Origin: a virus
DNA: 64,000 nt
Virus record (IMG/VR): IMGVR_UViG_3300006750_000002
Coordinates: 126,909 to 190,908 of that record
Strand: one strand, 5' to 3'
Shown here: in pieces, positions 55,407-63,799 of the stretch
How positions within the stretch are numbered: position 1 is the stretch's first letter
Layout: each line of letters opens with the position of its first letter
The notes under the pieces: generated by a model
What the model saw: only the letters and a program-made list of their open reading frames with translations
What the model was told of the DNA's origin: nothing
Databases searched by the model: none
Position numbers and translations under genes: made by a program

Positions 55407-56818
55407 TTTATTATTTCACAAGGGTCGAATGGACCGAATAAATCCTGTTTTCCAGTTTTCCCTCTTGAAGATTTGTAACCTTTTACATTGTCAGCTTGCT
55501 CACTCATTAAAACTTTTCCTTGACCCGTTACAATAGTAATCCATGGAACGTCATTGTGAGAATCCGCTACTAACCCTTTAATTTGTATTGTCACAGAACC
55601 CAACCCATCCGATTTAGTTTCAGTATTAGATATTTCAAACGCTTGTCTAGAGGACACAACCACACTCCCTTCCCTACTACCACCTTTAACTGTAATCTGG
55701 CCTATAGGATTTCCCGAGTCACTGTCCCCCCCAGCATTGTTTAGGTTTATCACACCTAGTAATCCTGTCTCACCAACCCTAACGTCGTTCATGTATATAG
55801 CAAATCTTGCTTTATTACAACTGTGGCCACCAGGTTTACCTTGGGTATTTATAGAGGTCCTACCATCATTCAACTTTAAACTTCTAGCTTTTTCAATTTC
55901 TATCGCTTTTACATTTTCGTCATACTCTTCCTGAGTTATTTTAGGTTTCACGTTTGGACCTTTATCGTTATTAGCTAACGCAATCTTTAACTTTTCAATG
56001 GTTTTATCAAAAGCTTCAGTAGGGGCATAATACCCAACGATTACTTTCATACCTGTAAGACATTTCCTCTCCTCCTCAGCTCCTCTCCTTACTAGTTCCA
56101 GTGTTACACGAAGTGCTACAATTTGCCCAGGATTTTTATACTTATTAATATCCCTTCTACTGTCTATACATCCGCCCGTATCTGTCACCCATGAATCAAA
56201 GAAAGGTTTGCCTCCATTTTTAGTGGGGTCCAGGATTATTTTTATTTCACTATCGGGTGCAGATAATTCAGTTTTTATAGCGTTCCACAAATTAATCCCT
56301 CTCTTAGCTGCAAGTTCTTCATTTTCTCTTTGACTACCAGTAAAAAAACTTTCTGGTTCAGTATGTTTATATCCAGATTCTGCACTAACTCTAAAATCTT
56401 TATTAGCGTGACCTGCCTTAACAGGACCGTTTAATTCGTTACTAGCGGAACTATAAATTTGTGCGAACGCAATATTCACATCAAACTGTTCTGTATCTAT
56501 TTGTGGGGAGGAATCTATAGCTAACTGTAACGCGTCTACAAATTCCCTCACCATAACAGGATTTTTATCCACACCAGAAGGGAACTCACCCCACGCGTAA
56601 AGACTAAACGTTTTATTATCTATGTCTCTTAGTGGCCCTGTTTTAGGTGCCCCCCTAGGTATTTTTTTATCTTTAGGGAGACAACATCTTGTCCCTAATT
56701 TCTCTAAACCGTCAGGGCACTTACCATTAGTTTGTTCATTAATAGTTTGACCTAAATCATAACCTATTAGGGACTTCATTTTTTTAATCTCGTTCTCTAT
56801 TAATCTTATTTTCATCAT
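55403..56818 (-). CDS. hypothetical protein with LIENE/INEQ leader
   Basis: ORF 471 aa. Confidence 0.75.
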   Translation of the reverse strand: MMKIRLIENEIKKMKSLIGYDLGQTINEQTNGKCPDGLEKLGTRCCLPKDKKIPRGAPKTGPLRDIDNKTFSLYAWGEFPSGVDKNPVMVREFVDALQLAIDSSPQIDTEQFDVNIAFAQIYSSASNELNGPVKAGHANKDFRVSAESGYKHTEPESFFTGSQRENEELAAKRGINLWNAIKTELSAPDSEIKIILDPTKNGGKPFFDSWVTDTGGCIDSRRDINKYKNPGQIVALRVTLELVRRGAEEERKCLTGMKVIVGYYAPTEAFDKTIEKLKIALANNDKGPNVKPKITQEEYDENVKAIEIEKARSLKLNDGRTSINTQGKPGGHSCNKARFAIYMNDVRVGETGLLGVINLNNAGGDSDSGNPIGQITVKGGSREGSVVVSSRQAFEISNTETKSDGLGSVTIQIKGLVADSHNDVPWITIVTGQGKVLMSEQADNVKGYKSSRGKTGKQDLFGPFDPCEIIN

Positions 56819-56967
56819 AAATAAATATATTACCCTTAACCTTTATTCTCTTTTAATTTCAGATAAAGGTATGGACCTTATTAGGATTTTTTTTGGCACC
56901 CATTCGAATACGTTGGTTTAATATTTCCGGTTGGTGAATGAATGTAATAGTTAATATTATTTGTGTT

Positions 56968-58419
56968 TCACCTTCTTCTTGAAACCCTATCCCACTTAGC
57001 ACCACTAGGTGGCACCGAGAAATTCATCCACCTAAGAGGAGAAATGTTGGTACCGTCATCTATTTTAACCTTTAATGTAGTGTTCGGGATTAATTTATTT
57101 ACGGTTAAGTAAAGTTCACTAAGGGTACTATCAAAATCACGTCTTTCGTTATTTATACCCATTACAATATTCAGAACAAAATTATTACTACCATCCCTAA
57201 AGTAATCAACTACTCTAACATTTTCAATTGATTCTATTTCATTAATGTATTCCATTTCACCCAGACCCATTTCTTCAGTTTCTTTTTCCAGATTTAATAG
57301 GAACTGGTCTACAATGGATTGTATAGCTTTAATAAGTTTATCGGAGTTAGGACTTACTTGTTCAGATAATGTACCACCTATGTTTGTACAAATAGGGTTA
57401 TCAACATAAAAATACCTACTACCTTCAGGTTTAGGTAAAACCATTTTATCAGTATAAACATATTGCTTGTCTTTCATAACAACTTCTTTTTGTCTACCAC
57501 CTATAATAGTTTCACCATCTAAAGTACCATAACCTACCAAATCTACATTTCTTTGTTTAGATACATAAACATTTCCAGTTATTCTATATGCTCCACTATC
57601 TGGATTCATTATGGTGGAAGGCAAATTCTCAATTTTCCATACTTTCTTACACTGTATAGTTTTTAATTCTCCATCTTTTTCCATAATTAAATCTATCCCT
57701 AAAAATACATCTATTATGTCACCACCACCACCCTTATGTATTAGTTCCCATCCACAATCCAACATAGAGTTAAGAACAAAATCCTCAATCTCCTCACCTT
57801 GTAAAGAATAATATAAAGATTGTGTGGTATATAAGTCAGATTTACTAATAAATTTATCATATAATATTTCTGGATAGTTACTTACAACATCAACGACATT
57901 CTGAAGTATATGTATATTACCATCATTTAAATCATTTAACAAATCTTCAGAAGTAAAAGTTTTAGATTTTTCTACTATGTCAGTAATTAAAACAGCCAAG
58001 TCAGAATAGTTAGTATCTAGTTTATTAACTGGGTCCCATTCTAAGTTACCATCTACTTCCCTATATAAAAAACCTAGTTCAGGTATACGGCCATTAATGA
58101 ACTCCTCTATAGTACCATAAGTTATCTTATCCGTCTCCGAAGGCCACTGCCATTTTCTAGTGGGGTCTAAGTCCTTAAGTCTAGATAATGTAGATAAAGT
58201 TCTTTCTTGTTCTTCTGGTGACATAACTGCATTCCACTTTTGTTTTTTCATATCAAAAACTTTTCTAATTAGTGGGTAAGTTATTTTCCTATAAGTTGAT
58301 TTGTTTAATGTAGCACACAATTTTTTAGATAGAGAACGATTAGGGTATTTTGCACAACCCCTAGGTAAATCACCAGAGTCACCCATTTGTTCAGATAATA
58401 TGTTTAATAGTTTAATCAA
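56968..58419 (-). CDS. modular protein with PD-(D/E)xK nuclease-like module
   Basis: D..LGIDLIM....LKTIQCK; leader ILSEQ and internal TLSEQ before a last ~100-aa module. Confidence 0.6.
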   Translation of the reverse strand: MIKLLNILSEQMGDSGDLPRGCAKYPNRSLSKKLCATLNKSTYRKITYPLIRKVFDMKKQKWNAVMSPEEQERTLSTLSRLKDLDPTRKWQWPSETDKITYGTIEEFINGRIPELGFLYREVDGNLEWDPVNKLDTNYSDLAVLITDIVEKSKTFTSEDLLNDLNDGNIHILQNVVDVVSNYPEILYDKFISKSDLYTTQSLYYSLQGEEIEDFVLNSMLDCGWELIHKGGGGDIIDVFLGIDLIMEKDGELKTIQCKKVWKIENLPSTIMNPDSGAYRITGNVYVSKQRNVDLVGYGTLDGETIIGGRQKEVVMKDKQYVYTDKMVLPKPEGSRYFYVDNPICTNIGGTLSEQVSPNSDKLIKAIQSIVDQFLLNLEKETEEMGLGEMEYINEIESIENVRVVDYFRDGSNNFVLNIVMGINNERRDFDSTLSELYLTVNKLIPNTTLKVKIDDGTNISPLRWMNFSVPPSGAKWDRVSRRR

Positions 58420-58449
58420 ATCACTTCTTTTTTAATTCTATAAGTATCA

Positions 58450-58875
58450 CTACCAAGTTATCCCACCAGTTCCGGTTATATATTTCCAGTGAGAATCTTC
58501 GGGGGAGTTAACTCTTAACATACTATCATAATCTTCTTCATCCCTGGGTGCATAGACTTTTAAATCATAAGGTAATTTCTTACCTCCAAAAAGTTTAACT
58601 ACATCACCAGTAATGTGATGGTCCATCATCCAACCCCAATCAAAATTATGAGTGTCCCATAAATCTTCTACCATATCTATTGGCGAATTAAGATATACAT
58701 TTATTCCTAACCATGCATCACTCATAATAGGTGCACCACGGTAGTAACTTTTTTCCGCAGCAGGGTTAGTGTAGTACTTCAAATCTATTTTCTCCACGAC
58801 AGGATAGACTTGTCTAATCTTTCCGGTCGGTGAATTAAGGTAATCGTTAATGATTTTTTCTACTTCTGGTGTCAT
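58450..58875 (-). CDS. hypothetical protein
   Basis: ORF 141 aa. Confidence 0.65.
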   Translation of the reverse strand: MTPEVEKIINDYLNSPTGKIRQVYPVVEKIDLKYYTNPAAEKSYYRGAPIMSDAWLGINVYLNSPIDMVEDLWDTHNFDWGWMMDHHITGDVVKLFGGKKLPYDLKVYAPRDEEDYDSMLRVNSPEDSHWKYITGTGGITW

Positions 58876-58884
58876 AATGGTCCC

Positions 58885-59469
58885 CTAGTCAATTTTATTT
58901 TTTTTAATGGAAAAGTAATATCCAAACTTATTATGTTCATCTCCTGGTTTTAAAAACGTGACCATCCCACTATCTTTAATATCCAATTTTTCTTTAACCT
59001 CCCACCAATTTATTGGAAACCACCAACCACGTTTTCCCATCAAATCCGCCCAAGTAAAGTTACCACCCTCACTAAAACCAGCTCCACCACCACCCCTTTC
59101 AGAATGCTTTATGAAAACATAATTAGCACCATCCCTGTTATAAGCACTTTGAGGCAAAACCTTATCAACATATTCTTTAATTTCCTTACCATATTTTTGA
59201 ATCAAGTATTCCACAACACTTTTTAACCACATTTGATAGTCATCCTCAGCATAGTCTTCACCATTTTCGTCATACCAGGGCAAAACCTCTTTTGCTGTCT
59301 CAAGGGCAGCAACATCAATAATCGAACTTCGCAAACCAGGTGATGACGATAACTTCTTAATAGCGTTTGTTTTCATAAAACCCAAAACCTTATCACCATT
59401 AAAACGTCTCCTAATGGATATAGGTATTTTAGTTTCTTCCTGTAGTATTCTTCTTATAATATTTTTCAT
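58885..59469 (-). CDS. hypothetical protein with ILQEE leader
   Basis: ORF 194 aa. Confidence 0.72.
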   Translation of the reverse strand: MKNIIRRILQEETKIPISIRRRFNGDKVLGFMKTNAIKKLSSSPGLRSSIIDVAALETAKEVLPWYDENGEDYAEDDYQMWLKSVVEYLIQKYGKEIKEYVDKVLPQSAYNRDGANYVFIKHSERGGGGAGFSEGGNFTWADLMGKRGWWFPINWWEVKEKLDIKDSGMVTFLKPGDEHNKFGYYFSIKKNKID

Positions 59470-59654
59470 AAACCAACAACGTTTTCTATTGTAAACCTAA
59501 TTTCAGTTTTAGGGAGAATTTTATTAACATCCCTTTCAATCTCCTCTCGTGTAAGGTAATAATGAAAATGACTAGATGGCCTCGTGAGACCATTCGCATT
59601 AATATCAACAAGCAACACATTAGTACCACCATAAGGATGTTTATAGTATAAATA
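59466..59654 (-). pseudogene. start-less ORF fragment (YYKHPYGGTNVLLVD...NKILPKTEIRFTIENVVGL)
   Basis: open frame bounded upstream by TGA, no ATG; resembles the last module of the 56968 ORF (NKLIPNTTLKVKID). Confidence 0.35.
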
Positions 59655-60111
59655 GTTTCATATATGAGATAATAACAACTAAGTTCTTCCCCATTCTCCC
59701 TTATCCCTCCACTAACGTTTCGGTCAGGGTCACTACGGTCATTTCATTCCCTCCGTTTAATGTGGACTCACTAATTTGTTATTATCGTCCTGGTGGGGGC
59801 ATATATATTAGTAGTAATAATGATAACAACTATAATAATATCCCTACTATTATTCCTTATAGGTTACTTCAAAAAGAATAAGAATAAAAACACTTAAGTT
59901 ATATACCCCAGTATAGTTCCAATAAGAATAACCCTATAGTAAAAGGATACAACCAAATAGTAATGGTTATATGTAAGGAACTTCTTAAATACCATATAGT
60001 ATAATCTCTCAATTGGAATGGTCTTCCTAAGGTAAAGATTATTGGGTAATGGTACACTACCATTGGTATAATATTACAAGTGTTAGTATTTATATTAAAA
60101 GAAACAATATC

Positions 60112-60525
60112 ATGGGACGTAAAATAACATTAACCGAAACACAACTACTAAAGACGATAAGGAAAATTGTAAGAGAAGAAGACATGAGATGGTCTGGGTC
60201 TCCTTATGATTTAGAAGGTCATCATATAATAGGATTCGATAATAGATATGATGCAGATGGCAATTACAAACTCTACTGGGGTGATATAGGTAATGGGGAG
60301 GAACTCGTTACTAATGAAGTATTTACTGCCTTACTTAACACATGGTTAGACCCTAAACCAGAACGTTTCTGTACTGTGGAGGAATTCAAGAGTCGTTATC
60401 CCAAGATAAAGAATAGACTATGGAAAGACCATGAAGACTGGATGGGTAGAAACTATATAAATGAGTATGGTTGTATATTAGTCTGGGATAGTAAATATGG
60501 TAAATTAAATGATACAACTAATTAA
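60112..60525 (+). CDS. hypothetical protein with LTETQL...IVREE leader
   Basis: start re-set to ATG 60112; TATTTATA 60087-60094. Confidence 0.7.
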   Translation: MGRKITLTETQLLKTIRKIVREEDMRWSGSPYDLEGHHIIGFDNRYDADGNYKLYWGDIGNGEELVTNEVFTALLNTWLDPKPERFCTVEEFKSRYPKIKNRLWKDHEDWMGRNYINEYGCILVWDSKYGKLNDTTN

Positions 60526-60859
60526 TACACTATATAATATAATTAAAGAAGAACATGATAATGGTTTTCCTGTGCAAGCAATAATAAAGTATTGGCAAAA
60601 GGAGTTAGGTATTACAGACTGGGTAATAACAACACAACGTATTGAATCAGGTCAAATTGACTATGATGACCAAAACTATTTTATTGGAATTGAACGTAAT
60701 TTTGATAATCAAACAGCGATTATCTATCACGATGTAGACTTGTATGAGGAAGCAATCATACATGAGTTAGTACATGTACAACAACCCACATGGTCTGAAG
60801 ACCAAGTCAGTGCAGAGACCGATATATTGATGAATGAAAAACACCCCAGAAGATTTTAA
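60509..60859 (+). CDS. small zincin-like HExxH protein with IIKEE leader
   Basis: AIIHELVHV. Confidence 0.65.
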   Translation: MIQLINTLYNIIKEEHDNGFPVQAIIKYWQKELGITDWVITTQRIESGQIDYDDQNYFIGIERNFDNQTAIIYHDVDLYEEAIIHELVHVQQPTWSEDQVSAETDILMNEKHPRRF

Positions 60860-61039
60860 AAGGTTATTATAAAACCCTTTCTAAGGGTTTGAAACTAGAC
60901 TCCCACACACCTTATCCCTTAATTTTTTTTACTCTCTTACATAAGACCTTAGACACCTCTATCGAGATTCTATACGTATACACACTACTTATATTATACC
61001 TGTTCCTTAACTACTGCTTCTTATCGTATACTCTTTCCC

Positions 61040-61975
61040 ACCATTTACCACATTCTCCCACTATTCTCCACATTGTAATTAACTCTGACGTACTCCTATC
61101 CAAAGATAATGAATAAATTCCGTCTATAAAAGAGATAGACGAGAATAGTTAGTGGCCGCTGAAGGGATTGTGTCCTCCGCGACTCACGACTGACATTTTG
61201 ACAAATCCTAATATTTAGACCACTATTTTAGAAAAGTTATTAACATGACATACTGTCAGGGGGAATGTAGAGGGGTATTTTATGGGTACCGTTACAGACA
61301 TGGCATAACCCACCCTTCCACACCCTAAAGGTACACAAAATAATTTACATGGCCAAATTTTTATACTGACAATATGACCATTGTTAATAAGTTTTTTTTT
61401 ATCAACACCCCATGTGGATAACTCTTAGTGGACCAGACAAATTGTCATGGGATTTATTTGGCCATGTCAAAAAAAAGTGGTACCTTTAGGGTGGTAGTGG
61501 GAGGGAAGCATACCATAGTGAAACCCACAGACTAGGGCACCAGCATAAAGATACAACAATCTTTTTTAATACACAAGTTGTGTGGTAACTTTTTTTTCCG
61601 TATATTTGTAATGTAATATCTCACAAGGGTAGAACCGAGTGTACTCCACCCTGCCTTAAAGTCTGGGAATTATAATATAAAAGGCAGGGTCGGCCCTCAG
61701 GGTCTTTCACCACGTTTATATTATAAAGGTACGAATAATTTTTTTAACAACCAAATCTGAGGACCACTTTATCACATGACAATATGACAATCCTGCAGGG
61801 GGGACTGCAATGGGGTATGCTATGGGTATGCAGCCCCCATGTTAATACTCTCTCCCTAGACCCCCTTCTGGGACCATGGAGCGGCCCCCTGCCCCCCTGG
61901 TGGCTCGCCGTATCCCCCCTTACTAGCGGCTTTTGAGGGGGTGTAATGGGGGTACGGTCCCGTAAAAGAAATCTG
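61040..61975. other. gene-poor, motif-rich region; candidate replication origin or terminal region
   Basis: no ORF of 60 aa or more after 61116; DnaA-box-like 9-mers, TGACA-N3-TGWCA repeats, GC-rich tract. Confidence 0.45.
61578..61608 (+). promoter_or_regulatory. Bacteroidota sigma-70-type promoter
   Basis: TTG (61578-80), 20 nt, TATATTTG (61601-08). Confidence 0.55.
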
Positions 61976-62043
61976 CACTATAAAATTTTTAGAAATTTTT
62001 TTTTAGATATGCGGAAGTATTTTTATCTAAACTATACAACATT

Positions 62044-62109
62044 ATGAAAAATCATTTTTTAATATCCGATGAAGAAAAGAACAGAATTAGGAATCTACAT
62101 GAATACTAA
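62044..62109 (+). pseudogene. 21-aa leader-only stub MKNHFLISDEEKNRIRNLHEY
   Basis: manual translation; ends at the junction with a tRNA fragment. Confidence 0.5.
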
Positions 62110-62140
62110 TTCAGCGCTCTACCAACTGAGCTATTCCGGC
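62108..62140 (-). pseudogene. 5' half of a tRNA (positions 1-33)
   Basis: GCCGGAA-TA-GCTC-AGTTGGTA-GAGC-G-CTGAA-TT; no T-arm or acceptor 3' strand follows. Confidence 0.8.
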
Positions 62141-62307
62141 GTTTATTCATATCCACTAAATCACTGTATGAGTGATTTCTGAGATACGAATATGATATAA
62201 AAAGTGTTATAAAAGATTTTAATGATATAAAAAACAAAAAAGAGACTGGTTATAAAGTTAAAGCTACTGTAGGTATTAGAGGAATGAAAGATGATGACCC
62301 AATAAAA

Positions 62308-62619
62308 TTAATGATATTTCCTTAGTTCAGTTAGAACGGACTTCCACTTATTACTTTCCTTATCAATCTTGAAGTCACCCTGATAAATGGTACCTAGATG
62401 TTCACCCTTATTCTCACCCTCAAAGTAATAACCACGAACATTAAAGTGCCTGTCAATACCTATTGATACAATACCGCAATGCTCACAAATGCCGAGACCC
62501 TTCTGATAGATACTCCCATTATCCATTTTCACTATTTCCTTACGGTCAACATATAATTCTTTTAACACCGCATCAATGTCCATATCACCATAACCACATA
62601 AACTGCAAAAATCTGCCAT
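62308..62619 (-). CDS. hypothetical protein with two CxxC
   Basis: MADFCSLC...CEHCG. Confidence 0.7.
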   Translation of the reverse strand: MADFCSLCGYGDMDIDAVLKELYVDRKEIVKMDNGSIYQKGLGICEHCGIVSIGIDRHFNVRGYYFEGENKGEHLGTIYQGDFKIDKESNKWKSVLTELRKYH

Positions 62620-62624
62620 ATCTA

Positions 62625-62939
62625 TTATTTTAAACCCCCGTTTTCTGGTACCTCAAACTTAGGGAAATCAATCTTAACATTGGGGAATCGCTCACCAGAA
62701 TCAGTCATCGTAAGAACCTCAAGCTTATCACCAGTCTTCTGGTAAACGTTAAGACCCAAATCCCTGAAACCTTTCATCTCTGGGTCTCTTAAGAATTCAT
62801 CAATACTCAATAACTCCCCACACTCATACCCAGACCCCTTTATCCTATCAGCAATGTATAACTGATAACTGATAAACGTATACTCACGTAACTCTTGCAT
62901 CATACACTTCCACTCTAAATCCCTATCAATATTACTCAT
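62625..62939 (-). CDS. hypothetical protein
   Basis: ORF 104 aa. Confidence 0.65.
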   Translation of the reverse strand: MSNIDRDLEWKCMMQELREYTFISYQLYIADRIKGSGYECGELLSIDEFLRDPEMKGFRDLGLNVYQKTGDKLEVLTMTDSGERFPNVKIDFPKFEVPENGGLK

Positions 62940-63237
62940 TATCTTTTACGTTTCTAGTTTTCATGAACTCATGGAAGTCACCCAGTATCTCACTTAAGGT
63001 TACATTGAGATTGCAATGCATCTTGTTACGAGCATATACAATCTTATCCTCAATAGCATTACCCTCAAGGAATTCAATCACTCGCTCTTCCAAAGTAGGT
63101 GTGAAGTCTTTACCACACATGTGAATATCTCCCTCACCCAAACAGGCTCTACACTCTTCTGGGTCGCCACAATTGATGCAGAGCCGTGGTCGTGGCTCGC
63201 TTATACTTTTAGAATATAAATGTCTACAGTCTTTCAT
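62932..63237 (-). CDS. Cys-rich hypothetical protein
   Basis: CRH...CINC...CRAC; start re-set to ATG 63237, 4 nt after TATCTTTG. Confidence 0.6.
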   Translation of the reverse strand: MKDCRHLYSKSISEPRPRLCINCGDPEECRACLGEGDIHMCGKDFTPTLEERVIEFLEGNAIEDKIVYARNKMHCNLNVTLSEILGDFHEFMKTRNVKDNE

Positions 63238-63272
63238 AGTACAAAGATACGGAATATTTCCCATATATACAA

Positions 63273-63743
63273 ATGTACCCAATAAAAATATCAAATGGTA
63301 TACCTAACTCACAAACATGGGGTGAAGGTGGAGAATATTTTTACAAGGATGTAGGATATAAAGCACCAACTAACGACCCAAACGAACAAAAAATAGTAGT
63401 AAATAAGGTTGCAAAACAAGGAATTAAAAATGTTACCGACTCCATGATAAATGCCAATCCTTTTAATGGAACTTTAAGTAATTACTACTTTGGTGGAATT
63501 TTTGAGGGTGTAAAATACCTATGGGATTTAAGAGGTGTTGCAGGATTTAAAGAATATTCAGGTAAAGACTTAACTGGCATCATATATACAGAAAAAAATA
63601 ATATTCTACCACGACTAGGTATAGATGATGGTGCCGAAAATGGAGTATGGGTGGCTTTCCAAAATGGGAGAAGTATGAATCTGAATACCCAATGGGTCCT
63701 TTATAATTCAACAAGTGGTGTTAAAGTTAAATCACCTAAATAG
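63273..63743 (+). CDS. hypothetical protein
   Basis: ORF 156 aa. Confidence 0.6.
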   Translation: MYPIKISNGIPNSQTWGEGGEYFYKDVGYKAPTNDPNEQKIVVNKVAKQGIKNVTDSMINANPFNGTLSNYYFGGIFEGVKYLWDLRGVAGFKEYSGKDLTGIIYTEKNNILPRLGIDDGAENGVWVAFQNGRSMNLNTQWVLYNSTSGVKVKSPK

Positions 63744-63799
63744 TAATTAAACTAACATTATAGAAATTCTCCGGAGATATTTTTTTCTGAAAATCGAGT

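Noticed and set aside
59690-59765. REP/MITE-like GC-richer patch
   Set aside because: It is a single copy in the window with no clear terminal inverted repeats or target duplication.
60889-61116. 75-aa TTG-start ORF
   Set aside because: It has low-complexity pyrimidine-rich composition and lies in the motif-rich non-coding region, so it is probably not coding.
43684-62140. Split tRNA pairing the 5' half at 62108-62140 with the CCA-ending segment at 43684-43731
   Set aside because: The acceptor pairs only 6/7, the anticodon stem about 3/5 and the T-loop is non-canonical. ATTCGGC is better explained by a local hairpin with GTCGAAT, and there are no complementary splicing leaders.
958-63219. 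About 50 antisense or alternate-frame ORFs in the track (e.g. 958-1215, 5648-5911, 27148-27450, 38929-39114, 45548-45814)
   Set aside because: They lie fully within longer, motif-bearing genes and read as typical shadow translations.
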